DNA of 64,000 nt, from NCBI GenBank assembly GCA_951406725.2, contig OX597824.1:76136001-76200000 (forward strand), read 5' to 3'. The stretch is from Octopus vulgaris (taxonomy: Eukaryota). The translations under genes were made by a program, and so were the position numbers. Positions 26,735 through 40,674 of this stretch are shown in pieces; the stretch's first letter is position 1; each line of letters begins with the position of its first letter. The notes under the pieces are model-generated. The model searched no databases and was not told the DNA's origin. It worked only from the letters and a program-made list of their open reading frames with translations.

Positions 26735-27985
26735 TCAATCAATCAAAAGCTTTCAATAGGGTCGACCATCGATACTTGGAGGCTGTCCTTAGGGCGGCTG
26801 GTTTCGGTCCAGTCTTCCGCAGTTGGATCGCTCCTTTATACAGTGGCATCCACTCGGTAGTTCGCGTAAATGGCCATCCACCTAGACCATTTAACATCAC
26901 GCGGTCAGTCCGTCAAGGATGTCCCATCTCATCACTTCTGTATGTACTGACTTTAGAGCCACTAGACGCTGAGGGGCATCCCGCGAGAACTGGGATGCGG
27001 TAGGAGCGTGTCTGCATACGCGGACGATGTTACCGTCATAGTGTCAAGCCACAAGCATATTGATCTAGGCGGCGAGACACTATAAGAATATGAAGCGGTA
27101 ATGGGAGCAAAAATTAACCCAGAAAAGTCATTGGTCTTGCAGCCCGGCACCTGGAGAAGCAAGCCCATGCTGTCCTACAGCGCCACCATCGTGGGACACT
27201 GGACCGATAGACCGGTTAAATTGCTCGGGATCTGGTTCGGTCCAGATTTCCAAATGGAGAGGAACTGGGATGAGATAACGAGTAGGGTGGCCACTCTCAC
27301 ACGGCTATGGGCCGAGAGGAAGCTATCTCTAAAAGGTCGGGCTGAGGTGGAGACTGCGTCATTGCATCCTTCATCTACTACCGCCTGACAGTCGTGCCTT
27401 GTTAGGCGATCCATTTGCTGTCAACATCCGCTAAATGGAGGGCTGGGTATGCCGTAGTTGATGATTGCGCAAGCATGTGCTGAGACTGCGACATCTCCAG
27501 CGTTTCATAGACGACGGTGAATAGGTGTAGTCGCCGTTTGTGAGACTCATTATCCCGCAGCTCATCTCATTGACCGAACTGCAATCATGGATCAAGCAGA
27601 GTGGGGCTGGGAGAATGTCACCGCGAGTGTCACCATGCTCTCGAGCAGCTCTGCCATCCGGTTCAAACTTGATGCAATTTCAATTCCACAAAGGCGTTCT
27701 GTAGAGGATTAGTGGAGCGGATGTGCGACGACGTTCTTGTGAAGACTCTGGGTGCCGACGGGAAATATCTGACCCGCCCCTTCACGGTCACTTTCGGGCC
27801 AGGACCTATGGACAATTTCCAGATATCCCTGACCTGGCAGTGCTATAGGGAAGCATTGCCCATTCGAGATGTCTACAGACACGGTTCAAGAAGCACCGGA
27901 CCGATCAACCCGAGATGCGGTCAGAACGACGAAACCGTTCTGCACGCTCTCGTGCAATGTCCAAATATTTCAGAGCTGTGGACAT
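26735..27985 (+). mobile_element. Decayed Tx1/L1-group LINE ORF2 (RT through C-terminal zinc knuckle)
   Basis: QSKAFNRVDH, VRQGCPISSLLYVL, SAYADDVT, GAKINPEKS, KLSLKGRAE, and PRCGQNDETVLHALVQCP (CCHC-like); many frameshifts and stops. Confidence 0.9.
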
Positions 27986-28444
27986 CAAACGGTCACGTGA
28001 TTGAAATTTTGAAGCCATGAAACAACGCATAATTAATCCGATACAATGTGAATAAATAAGCATTACAATTGACGGAGTATTCTAAATGCTAATGGGTTTA
28101 CGTAGTTCTCAGGCAGAATCAAGGTGTTTTAGTGTGTCACAAAACAGCACCGTTCAAATTACAGGTAGAGAGTATACGAAATGATAATGGGTTAACGTAA
28201 TTCTTAGGCAGAATCAAGGTGTTTCAGTGTGTGACAAAGCAGTACCGTTCGAATTACAGGTACAGTCCCCTTGGTGGTTTCACTTACAGTTTTCGCCTCA
28301 AAGTACGAGTTGATCGAAGGGTTACAGAAAATGTCACCTGTCGAAGATGCCACGCAGTGGAACCAAACTTGTGACCTAAAGTATATGAAGCCACTTAACT
28401 ATTCGTCTTGCAGAAATCTTAAGTCTTAGCGAGCTCAATATATA

Positions 28445-28488
<44 letters not shown>

Positions 28489-28551
28489 ATATCTATGATG
28501 TGAATATAGGTGGGTGATATATACATATAGTATATACATATGACACATATG

Positions 28552-28584
<33 letters not shown>

Positions 28585-28621
28585 ATATTTAAAAAAAATT
28601 TTATGCGCCCTTTTATAAACC

Positions 28622-28905
28622 TAGCCAGGCTCATGGGCCCGATTTCCCGGTTTCTGTGGCGTATGTGTTCCTCCCAGCTGGACGGGACGCCAGTCCATCG
28701 CAGCGTAACTCAAGAAACAGGAAGAAAGAGTGAGAGAAAGTTGGGGCGAAAGAGTACAACAGGTGTCGCCACCACCCCCTGTCGGAGCCTCGTGGAACTT
28801 TAGGTGTTTTCACTCAATAAACGCACACAAGGCCGGTCTGGGAATCGAAACCGCGATCCTCCGACCGCGAGTCTGCTGCCCTAACCACTGGGTCATTGCG
28901 CCTCC
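28622..28905 (-). mobile_element. tRNA-Arg SINE, family B head with an alternative 3' end
   Basis: Head as at 62317; 3' part shared with copies at 38592-38895 and 58755-59037. Confidence 0.8.
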
Positions 28906-29299
28906 ACACACATACACACACATATATATTCACACACATGCATGGAAAGAAAGGGGGAGAGAGAGAGCGGCGAGAGACACACGATGGTTTCAGTTTTTCC
29001 CTTTAGCACACATCACCTCGTACGAAAGAAGTTTCAGACTTGGCAGGTCAAGTACAAACCGACTCAATGAAAATCTAACACATAATTATAAATAACAGTT
29101 CAGGAATTCCTCGCAGAAGTTATGTCTCGAGAGGAAGCTCCCTTGCCATACTAACGAACGACTTCATTAATTGTGAATTTATTAATTATGACATATCTGC
29201 CTATTCAATCTAATAGCATGCTGTCTTGGGAAAATGCATTATTTTTATGAGCGAATTGACTGCGGGACAATAACGAAAGCCTGTTTTGATACCTGCTTA

Positions 29300-29740
29300 T
29301 CTTTACATTCTGAGTTCAAATTCCGCCGAGGTCGACTTTGCCTTTCATCCTCTCGGGGTCGATAAATAAAGTACCAGTTTCGCACTGGGTCGATATAATC
29401 GACTTAATCCATTTGTCTGACCTTGTTTATCCCCTCTATGTTTAGCCCTTCGTGGGCAATAAAGAAATACATATCTGCCTATTCAATCTAATAGCATGCT
29501 GTCTTGGGAAAATGCATTATTTTTAAGAGCGAATTGACTGCGGGACAATAACGAAAGCCTGTTTTGATACCTGGTCATCTTTACGTTCTGAGTTCAAATT
29601 CCGCCGAGGTCGACTTTGCCTTTCGTCATTTCGGAATTGAGTTGATAAACTAAGTATCAGTTGAACGCTGGTGTCGATGTAATCGAGTTAGCCACTCTTC
29701 CAAAATTGGTCTTGTGCCAAAATTTGAAACCAATATTAGT
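29300..29740 (+). mobile_element. Two SINE family A pieces within a 278-bp-period duplication
   Basis: The core sequence appears twice; the flank at 29191 recurs at 29469. Confidence 0.8.
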
Positions 29741-29801
29741 AACTAAAGATTTGTATAGAATTTATGAGAGAACTATTTAACGAATCACAATGGAATGGAA
29801 G

Positions 29802-30182
29802 TGGAAGCACTCCGTCGGTTACGACGACGAGGGTTCCGGTTGATCCGAATCAACGGAACAGCCTGCTCGTGAAATTAACGTGTAAGTGGCTGAGCACTCC
29901 ACAGACACGTGTACCCTTAACGTAGTTCTCGGGGATATTCAGCGTGACACAAGAGAGTGACAAGGCCGGCCCTTTGAAATACAGGTACAACAGAAACAGG
30001 AAGTAAGAGTGAGAGAAAGTTGTGGTGAAAGAGTACAGCAGGAATCACCATCCCCTGCCGGAGCCTCGTGGAGCTTTAGGTGTTTTCGCTCAATAAACAC
30101 TCACAACGCCCGGTCTGGGAATCGAAACCGCGATCCTACGACCTCGAGTCCGCAGCCCTAACCACTGGGCCATTGCGCCTCC
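29802..30182 (-). mobile_element. Full-length SINE family B
   Basis: TSD TCACAATGGA at 29785-94 and 30185-94. Confidence 0.9.
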
Positions 30183-30228
30183 ACTCACAATGGAGTATGC
30201 ATGTACAGGACTACGTTTACCAGAAAGG

Positions 30229-30652
30229 TAAGGCGGTGAGCTGGCAGAACCGTTAGCACACCGGGCGAAATGCGTAGCCGTTTCTTCGTCTGCCGTTACG
30301 TTCTGAGTTCAAATTCCGCCGAGGTCGACTTTACCTTTCATCCTTTCGGGGTCAATTAAATAAGTACCAGTTACACACAGGGGTTCGATGTAATCGACTT
30401 AATTCGTTTGTTTGTCCTTGTTTGTCCTCTCAGTGTTTAGCCCCTTGTAGGTAGTAAAGAAATAGGTTTTTCGTCTGTCTTTATGTTCTGAGTTCAAATT
30501 CCGCCTGGTCGACTTTGCTTTTCATCCTTTCGGGGTCGATTAGATAAGTACCAGTTATGCAATCGGGTTGATGTAATCGACTTAATCCCTTTGTCTGTCC
30601 TTGTTTGTCCCCTCTACGTCTAGCCCCTTGTGGGCAATAAGGAAATAAGAAA
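30229..30652 (+). mobile_element. SINE family A, head plus two tandem units
   Basis: Same organisation as 1217-2370. Confidence 0.85.
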
Positions 30653-30707
30653 GGTAAGCTGTCTCTCACTATCCATCTCTCTCTCCCTCTGTCTGTCTGT
30701 CTGCCTA

Positions 30708-30787
<80 letters not shown>

Positions 30788-31299
30788 CTACCTTTCACTT
30801 CTCTCTCTCTCTATTTCTCTATGTCTCATTATCTCTCTAACCTTATATCTCTATCTCTCTACCTATTTATCACTCTATCTCTCTCTCTATCCGTGGAGGC
30901 GCAATGGCCCAGTGGTTAGGGCAGCGGACTCGCGGTCATCTCTCTCTATCCATCTATCTGTTCCTCCCTCTCTGTCTATCTACAAGCATATATTATTCAC
31001 CCAACTCTGTACAGTAATCTCAGCACAACAATAAATAATTACACTTTATTACGGCATTGAATACATACATACATACATACATACATACATACATACATAC
31101 ATACATACATACATACATACATACATACATACACACACACACTCACACACATATATATATATATACATATATATATGTATATATGCATAAATATATATGT
31201 CTGTGTGTATATATATGTATCAATGCTTGTATATGTATATATATGTAAATACATGTATACATAAGTATATAATATATATATGGATGTATGTATACATAC

Positions 31300-31350
<51 letters not shown>

Positions 31351-31398
31351 TAAATACACACGTAAGTACGCACACACGCACATATACATATACAAACA

Positions 31399-31434
<36 letters not shown>

Positions 31435-31642
31435 TACATAAATACATAATACATACATACATACAAATAGTACAACAAACGTACCGCTGAACCCCATCAA
31501 GATGACAATTCATCAATGCTAACAATTCTGTTCTTCCGCACAGCTGCAATTAACAGCAAGATGGCTGAGGACAGGCAATAAAGCAATTCGATCCAAGACA
31601 TGTTACATACAAAGCGTACTCATTTGAACGCTTTACAAGCCC

Positions 31643-31684
<42 letters not shown>

Positions 31685-32073
31685 CGCAGGAGTGGCTGTG
31701 TTTACCAACCGCTTGGTTCCGGGTTCAGTCCCACTGCGTGGCATCTTGGGCAAGTGTCTTCTGCTATAGCCCTGGGCTGACCAATGCCTTGTGAGTGGAT
31801 TTGGTAGACGGAAACTGAAAGAAGCCTGTCGTATATATGTATATATATATCTGTATGTGTGTGTTTTGTGTGTCTGTGTTTGTCCCCCTAGCATTGCTTG
31901 ACAACCGATGCTGGTGTGTTTATGTCCCCGTCACTTAGAAGTTCGGCTAAAGAGACCGATAGAATAAGTACTGGGCTTACAAAGAATAAGTCCCGGGGTC
32001 GAATTGCTCGACTAAAGGCGGTGCTCCAGCATGGCCGCAGTCAAATGACTGAAACAAGTAAAAGAGTAAAAGA

Positions 32074-32113
<40 letters not shown>

Positions 32114-32531
32114 GCCACCAGCATCAACAGCGCGACAAGCACCACCAAAACCCAAACCAGCACCGCTATCACCATGGCGATCACCACCATGTAACGTTAT
32201 GGCAGCAACCATTTCTAACAACATCAACGACGCCACGACCGCCATCATGTTGGTTCATCGAAAGAAATGCACGCATAGACAGAGTGTGGAGAGATACAGG
32301 CAGACATTTTGAGTTAAACAGAGAGCGATATGTACACTCGCTTGCAAAATCATACCTACCCACATACATACATATGAACGCACGCACGCACGCAGACATG
32401 CACACACATGTTCACACATATTCACACACACGCTACTGACATACTCGACGCATATACATATATATGTAACTGAGCCTGTCATGTGTATATGCGTATACAT
32501 ATACATATATGTATGTATGTAAGTATGTATG

Positions 32532-32577
<46 letters not shown>

Positions 32578-32849
32578 CACCCATACATATATTTACATAC
32601 ATACATACATAAATATACATATATATATGTGTGTATATATGTATATACACATACACATATATATATGTATACGTTTATATATATATATATGTGTGTGTGT
32701 GTTTATATATATATATATGTGCGTATATATATATACATATATATATATGTATATGTATGTATATGTATATATACATATATATATAAGGACAACACTTTAC
32801 CACAGTGGGCGAGTCAAACATGATTCTAGCCGAATATATATATCTATAT

Positions 32850-32910
<61 letters not shown>

Positions 32911-33798
32911 CACACGCACATATATATATATATATACGTATACACCCATATATATATGTGTATGTATATATACATACATACATACATATATATATATATA
33001 CATACACACACATATATATGTATATTTATGTATGTATGTATGTATATATGTAAATATATGTATGTTGTATATATATGTATATATATGTATACATATATAT
33101 AGGTGCGTGTGTGTGTATATATATCTATATATATGTATACACACACTCACACACACACGCACACAAACACACACACACACACACATATATATATACACGC
33201 ACACTACCAGGACGAAAGTACTACCGAATTGAACCGAATCACGTGATGCCCACCGCCGGCCAGTCATGCTCTGAAAAACCAGGAAAGGAAATAAGTTCTG
33301 ATTGGTTGAAATTAGCGTATATCTATTCTAGAAACATCTAACTCAATTTCTCCGTCTATAATTCATTACTTTTATACGTCGTCCTGTGTCATTGTACTAG
33401 AACAAGCAGATAAGCTTTTAGCGTTGATCTTAATTAAAAGATATAGTCAACCCTATTTCGGACAATCTCGGACAATTTCGGGCAATTTCGTCGTTTTTGT
33501 AGTTCTTGTAGGATTTGTTTGTAGCTTTTATTTCGCAGATATAATTATCAGTGTATTTCATTATAATAACGGTATGCCTGCGTTTCTATGACGCTTGCCA
33601 GTTTGACTATCTGTCTATTCGTCTGTCTGTCTGACTGACGGACTGACTGACTGTCAGTCTGTCTATCAGTTTGTCTGTCTGAGTATATGTATGTATGCAT
33701 GTATGTATGTATGTATGTATGTATGTGTGTATGTATGTATGTATGTATGTATGTTGTATGTATGTATGTTGTATGTATGTATGTATGTATGTATGTAT

Positions 33799-34972
33799 GG
33801 GATCTTTTCAATTCTGAAGCCAGGACCACAGATCTTTCTACTTAACTAAATAATCTGAAACTTCGTATGCTGATAGAGTCTAGCAAAACAAGACACAGGT
33901 TGGAACTAGTTTATTTGAGAAAAATCTATTTTATGACTTTAATCGTAGATTAAAACTGCGAATTTTAACCAATCAGATTGTTTGTTTTCATGTGTAAAAC
34001 TTGACTGCATTCTATTAGTGTGACGTAGAAAGCGCTTTTGTGACGTACTAACGTTCGGAAAACTGTAAACAAACACAGAACGTAACGGCAGACGAAATAC
34101 GGCTACGCATTTCGCCCGGCGTGCTAACGTTTCTGCCAGCTCTTTGCTTTTTTAATATTAAATTTCGGCGAAGTTTCGCTTGTCGTAGCACAAGTTTTCC
34201 GTCGATTTCCGTAAAAAACTTTTATTTTTTTACATAAGTAATGAGAGCGAAAGAGACTAAGAGGAAGCGATTTTATGACGAGGGAAGTTTGTCTTTGAAG
34301 TTACCGTCTAGGGGAAGCATTGATGTACATGTGTGTGTGTGTGTGTGTTTGATGGGGTGTGGGAGACAGTATGTTGTGTAAGTGAAGTGCTTCTGTTAGT
34401 GTGTGTGAAGAGACAGAGAGAGTAATGTGTGAAAGAGAGAGATAACTGAAATTTTTTACTCGGTGTATGTGTATATGTATGTCTGTATGTATGTGTGTGT
34501 GTGTATGTATGTATGGCCGATTCATCGTAATTACGATGAATCGGCCATACATACACACATACATACACACACACACATACACACACATACACACACACAT
34601 ACATGCAGACATACATATACACATACACCGAGTAAAAAATTTCAGTTATCTCTCTCTTTCACACATTACTCTCTCTGTCTCTTCACACACGTTAAATAAT
34701 TAGAAGGATGCGCTTGTTTACATTTAAGATGTTTAATACGTCACGAAATTGGTGGTCGAGACGGAGTAAATAAAATAAAGCCGAATGACGGAATATCATT
34801 GGTTAAAATTCTAATTATTAAACAACGTTAAACTTAGAAGTTACAATTCCGTTTTCATTCTGGTTTACAATTAAGTTTACTTTTGACACATTCTACCAGT
34901 ATACGAAGTTTCAAATTGTTTGGTTCACTAGGAAAAATTTGAAAAAACTGGCTTCAGAATAGAAAAGATCCT
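33799..34972. mobile_element. Non-autonomous DNA transposon with long imperfect TIRs starting GGATCTTTTC.ATTCTGAAGCCAG
   Basis: The left end at 33799 is the inverse of CTGGCTTCAGAATAGAAAAGATCC at ~34948-71, with similarity extending inward (GAAACTTCGTAT.CTG.TAGA; TTTTAACCAAT). Related single ends at 36310-36506 and 40266-40500. Confidence 0.7.
34401..34690. repeat. Spacerless palindrome centred at 34530/34531
   Basis: Centre GGCCGATTCATCGTAA|TTACGATGAATCGGCC; outer arms are reverse complements apart from microsatellite length. Confidence 0.95.
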
Positions 34973-35083
34973 ATGTATGTATTTATGTATGTATGTATGT
35001 ATCAACGAATGAACGTTTGCACTTATTTACGCAGTGAATATGCAGGTATTAACGTGCGTGTAGGCGTGTTTGTCTGTATGTAT

Positions 35084-35157
<74 letters not shown>

Positions 35158-36578
35158 CTTCAATATCATACATGCGCGCGCACACAAACACACGTAAGAG
35201 AAAAATAGTTTACTTTCTCGCTCTCTCTCTCTCCCTCTCTCTCCCCCTTTCTATATATGGCTGTGTGGTAAGTAGCTTGTTTACCAACCACATGGTTTCG
35301 GGTTCAGTCACGCAGCGTGGCACCTTGTCCTAGTGTCTTCTACTATAGCCTCGGGCCGACCAAAGCCTTGTGTGTGGATTTGATAGACGGAAACTGAAAG
35401 AAGCCCGTCGTTTACACACACACACACACATATGTGTATATCTATATGTTTATGTGCGTGTGTGTCTGTCTGTGCATGTCCCCTCTACCATGCTAGTGTG
35501 TTTACGTCCCCGTAACATAGCTGTTCGGCAAAGAGATCGATAGAATAAGCACAAGGCTTACAAAGAATAAGTCCAGGGGTCGATTTCTTCGACCAAAAGG
35601 CGGTGCTCCAGCATGGCCACAGTCAACTGACTGAAACAAGTAAACGAATAAAAGAATATCTGTCTATCTATCTTTCTGTTTATGTATCTATCTCACCATC
35701 TTTCTATCTTTCATAGACTTGTATCCTTTGAAATCATGGCTCTGCAGGAAGTCTGACAGTTGCCCTTTCATGCAAGCTTCCCATTGCACCTATGTTGTCC
35801 TATGGAAAAGCAAAGGATTGCTACATCTTGACGAGCGTATCGTTGCAGGGGTTTTCGTTTCATGACGCAAAGAGCCACAACCGATATCACTAAGGATCAA
35901 CGACAAAGATGACCTCGGTGATATTTGAACTCAGAAAAGCAGAGAGGGCCGCCCGCAACAAATACTGCAAATCAGTATGTTTAGCGCCCTAGTGACCCTC
36001 GTTTGCCAATTCGCCTCCATATTATAATAATGTCAAGGAAGAATCGAAGTCAGTTCATTCCTGCTATACTTAACACAAGCATACATAAAATCGTTATGGC
36101 CTTGTGCCCACCACGCCAGAAATCCTCCTTTCCCTTCTCCCCCTCTTCCTCTTCCCCTCCTCCTCCGCTTTCTTTTCCTCTCTTCCTTTTTTCCTCTCCT
36201 CCTCCTTTTCCTCTCCTCCATTCCCCTTCCTTCATATCTCTCCCCCTTCTCATCTCTTTCCTTCTCCTCCGCATTGACAAACAACTGCAGAAATTGTATT
36301 CACCTCAATAGACGTCATTGGTTGGTTGAAATTGCCGAAATGCAAGAAATTAAACAAGAAATGGCTTACAAACTACAGAATTTTCTCAAGAAAGCCAAGA
36401 GAGAAAGATGTTTTATGTAACACATTCTACCAGTATACGAAGTTTAAGAGTGTATGGTTACGAAGAAATTATTTTAAAAATCTGCCGGTCAAAGTGAAAA
36501 GATCTCAGCTAGTTTCCTCCCCCAAAATTTCAGGCCTTGTGCGTATAATAGAAAGGATTATTATCATTATTATTATTA

Positions 36579-36650
<72 letters not shown>

Positions 36651-36674
36651 TTGTTATTGTTATTATTATTATTA

Positions 36675-36726
<52 letters not shown>

Positions 36727-37172
36727 GACCACCATACTATAAAGTCATAGAAATTTGGAGCTTCGTAAGTTGAAATAGTGTTTGTAATCTTTTCGGCTTT
36801 CTAAGGCCCCGTGTTTTCATTTTATTGTCACCATTGCTTTTTTGTGATTGTTAGGACTGGGCAGATAGTATTTTGTGTTGAAAACCCCTATTTGCAAGGG
36901 GGCGCGCATTTGTATTTTTTGTATCTTAACAAACTTTCAGAAAAAAAAATGCAGTTTTCATTATTCAGTTAAAGATGGCTGATAAAGAAACCACCATAAT
37001 GTTCGACAAAGGAACGCATTCCTCGTCGGCAAAAAAGGAGAACAAGAATGCAGAATAGCCTAAACTTAATGACGTCACCAAGGCGAATAAAGTTTTGTCT
37101 CTAAGCAACGACAAAACTTTCGGTGTCGACAACAACAACAACAACAACAACAGCAAACAGCAGCAGCAACAA

Positions 37173-37213
<41 letters not shown>

Positions 37214-37287
37214 ACAACAGCAACAAGAAGAACAACAGCAACAACAACCACAACCACAACACGAAAGAAATGAAGCAAAAACGCGAA

Positions 37288-37650
37288 TATCGCCTCTGCG
37301 TGGCGGCTTAAGCATGCCGTGACTTCTGATGCGTAGACACGCTCTCAGGTTGCGCCATCTGCAACGATCTCTAGAAAGTGAGCATCCGTGTACTCAGTTT
37401 GTGAGGCACACCTTTCCGCAATTCGTCTCTTTGATGGAGCTGCAGTCTTGGGTTAAGGGTAGGCCGAGACTGGGTGCCTGGCACTCAGAATGTCGTCAGG
37501 AGCTCACTCTCCTCTACAAGTCGGGCAATAGGATCGATGGACGTTCCACTTTAGCTATATACAGGGGATTAGTAGCGGGTAAAGTGCGATGACGTCCTTG
37601 GGGAGACCCTAGGCGTCGACAAAGACGAACTGGCAAGTCTATTCTGGATA
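37288..37650 (+). mobile_element. Tx1-like ORF2 fragment
   Basis: PLRGGLSMP*LLMRRHALRLRHLQR..ELQSWVK is paralogous to 27425-27700. Confidence 0.75.
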
Positions 37651-37651
37651 G

Positions 37652-39005
37652 GTTTGATCAGTTGCTATGATTATATCGAAGCTGAGGAAAACAGCTCAGG
37701 GTGGTATATGAAAAATGCCGTGGAGCCATCGCTGAAACACACGAAGAAGGCCAGCGTCATCAAAAAGAAAAAAAATTGTGTAATGAAAGAAAAATTTAAA
37801 GGAGAAAGGAACACAAGACAAAAAAAAAAAGAAACAGAAAAAGCATAGAAGGAAAAAATGTACGGTCAGTTTGCAAGAGACGTGAGCGCCAAGACAAATA
37901 CAGTGGACCGTGGCTATGGATGAGGTGGAGTGACTTGAATATAGGAAGCACTCATATGCGCAGCTCAAGAACAAGCGTTAAGGATCAACTATATGAAGTG
38001 CAGAATAGACAGCACCACCGACGGCGACAAATGCAGAATGTGTGGAGAGAAGGGTGAAACGGTATGGCACATCGTCAGCGAATGCCCGAAATTGATATAA
38101 CACGAATACAAAAGATGCCATGGCAATGTGGCAAGAATGATCCATTGGGAGCTTTGTGGAAATCACGGCCTACGAAGAGCAAAGACGTGATATGAGAAAA
38201 TCCCAGAAGGAGTCACTGAAAATGGGAATTGCAAAATTTCGTGGAATGCAATGATTCAGTACGACCACCTGGCCAGACATCGGAAACCGGACATTATTGT
38301 GGTGAATGAAAAAGGAAGAACATGCATGATAATCAACATAGCCTGCTCCGGTGACAACAGGATCAATGTGAAAGAAAAAAAAACAAAACAACTATAACGA
38401 ATTGAAGTGGTGAATACGAAGGTTGTACTCAATGAGAAGGGTAGACGTAATACCAATAGTAATTGGCGCACTCGGAAGTATCAGCACTCAACTAACAACA
38501 TAGCTGGAAAAGATTGGTGCAATTGTGAAGGCAGAACACCTACAAAAATCAGCAATGCTTGGAACTGCAAGAATTCTTTAAAGGGTTCTTGCTTGTTCAT
38601 TCTCGAGCCATGTCTGGCTCATAAGGGCCGGTTTTCCCGGTTTCCCTGGTGTATAGGTTCCCCACCTGGACGGGATGCCGGTCCGTCGCAGGTGAGCTGC
38701 AAGATGCAGGAAGAAAGAGTGAGAGAAAGTTGTGGCGAAAGAGTCAGCAGCAGTTCGCCATTACCTTCTGCCGGAGCCGCGTGGAGCGTAGGTGTTTTGC
38801 TCATAAACGCACACATCACCCGGTCTGAGATTCGAACTCGCGATTACTCGACCGCGAGTCCGCTGCTCTAACCACTAGGCCATGTGGCTCCAAGCAGGGT
38901 TCTTGAAGCATGGTCAGTAAACAAGTGTTACCATGGTCTGCTGGCTGTGGACAACTGACACGTCCCATCATTCCTAGCAAAATAAGCTGTGAGTTTTCAT
39001 AAGAT
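37652..39005 (+). mobile_element. 3' part of an RLE-type (R4/Dong-like) non-LTR retrotransposon, decayed, with a SINE inserted
   Basis: ICAAQEQALR, CRMCGEKGETVWHIVSECP (CCHC), RCHGNVARMIHWELC, RKPDIIVV..I.IAC (PD-D/ExK), VIPIVIGALG, LQKSAMLGTARIL; ends at a (TAA)-like repeat. Confidence 0.85.
38592..38895 (-). mobile_element. tRNA-Arg SINE inserted in the R4-like LINE
   Basis: TSD AGGGTTCTTG at 38582-91 and 38896-905. Confidence 0.85.
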
Positions 39006-39031
39006 AATAATGATAGTAATAACCCTTTCTA

Positions 39032-39356
39032 CTGGTACTTAATTTATCGACCCCGAAAGGATGAAAGGCAAAGTCGACCTCGGCGGAATTTGAACTCAGA
39101 ACGTAGCGGCAGACGAAATACCTATTTCTTTACTAGCCACAAGGGGCTAAACACAGAGGGGACAAACAAGGGTAGACAAACGGATTAAGTCGATTATATC
39201 GACCCCAGTGCTTAACTGGTACTTATTTAATCGACCCCGAGAGGATGAAAGGCAAAGTCGACCTTGGCGGAATTTGAACTCAGAACGTAACGGCAGACGA
39301 AGATACCGCTAAGCATTTCGCCCGGCGTGCTAACGTTTCTGCCAGCTCGCCGCCTT
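39032..39356 (-). mobile_element. SINE family A with partial tandem unit
   Basis: Reverse complement of 1217-1540. Confidence 0.85.
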
Positions 39357-39399
39357 GATAATAATAGTAATAGTAGTAGTAGCAGTAGCAGTAGTAGTC

Positions 39400-39456
<57 letters not shown>

Positions 39457-40674
39457 ATAGTAGTAAGAATAATAATAACTGCACCAGGAACAACGACAAT
39501 ATTAATATTAATAGCAGCAGTAGCATTTGTATGGGCGAGGAGGAAGTGGAGGAGGAGGAGGAGAAGAAGAAGAAGAAAAAGAAGAAAGAGAAGAAGAGTG
39601 CATTGAAGAACATCAAGGAGAATGAGAGGAAGGCGGAGAAGGAAGTTGCTGTAGATGAGGATGCAAAATGTGTTACCAATTAATTAATCTGAGCATTTTT
39701 CCTCTGGCGCGTAATTAGGAATATGTAATTAACGGTTGTGGAATTTGGTAGGTGTAAGTAACGATGTGTAGACAGAGATCTATAGATGAGCATGCGTAGA
39801 TGGGATTTACAATTAACGGTGTGTAATTATCTCTGTGCAATTAAAGGTGTGTTATGTCGAGATGTTTGCATTATGTTCATGTATGAACTCTTGTGGTTGC
39901 TGTTGCTGTTGTTGTTGTTGTTGTCTTGTCCCCAACTGACCCCACCACTGTCCCCTTCTGAACGTGCAGACACACGATGAAAGCCATTTCCAGTGCCCAT
40001 CTCGACGAGGATGTGTAAGTAGTGTGGTGTGACGAATATTAAATAGTTAAACTCTGTGTGGTACTAGATGCTCTCAGCCAACGAAGTGTCCTTTCTTCTA
40101 TTGTTTTAAATATTCCGAGTACAAGGAAGTGAATTGAATGAGATTTGACTGCTATTTGTTGCAGATCGAATGATTTTATAGAACATTGGTTCATAATCCT
40201 TTTTCACCTATGGACCGAACTGATCCCTGATTTTACTGATCCCTGATTTTACTGATACCTATTTTGGATCTTTACCTTTTGACCTACAGATTTAAAAAAT
40301 ATTTTTTTTGTAACTAAGCACTTTCAAACTTCGGACACTGGTAGAATGTGTCATATAAAACATCTTTTACTCTTAGCATTTTTGAGAAAAACTTATATTT
40401 ACGAAGTTATTTCACGTTAATACGTAGTCCTATTTCGGTAATTTCAACCAATCAATGACGTGTATTCAGCTGAATAGAATTACTACTGTTGTTTATCAAC
40501 AAGAACTTCCGGCGGTGCATATTTCGTTTGTACCGGAAGAACACGTGTGAGTTACATCCTTCTAACATTATGGATTCAAATAAAATGCGCAGGCGCATTC
40601 ACATAGCCAGCAGGAAATAATTAATTTTTAAAAACTGCGTACTATAAGCCTCAGAATTAGGAAGTTTTACTGGA

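Noticed and set aside
28090-28262. ~95-bp tandem duplication
   Set aside because: Looks like two decayed 3' pieces of SINE family B.
32483-33267. Tyr/Ile/His/Thr-rich ORFs here and throughout the window
   Set aside because: Translations of dinucleotide and tetranucleotide microsatellites.
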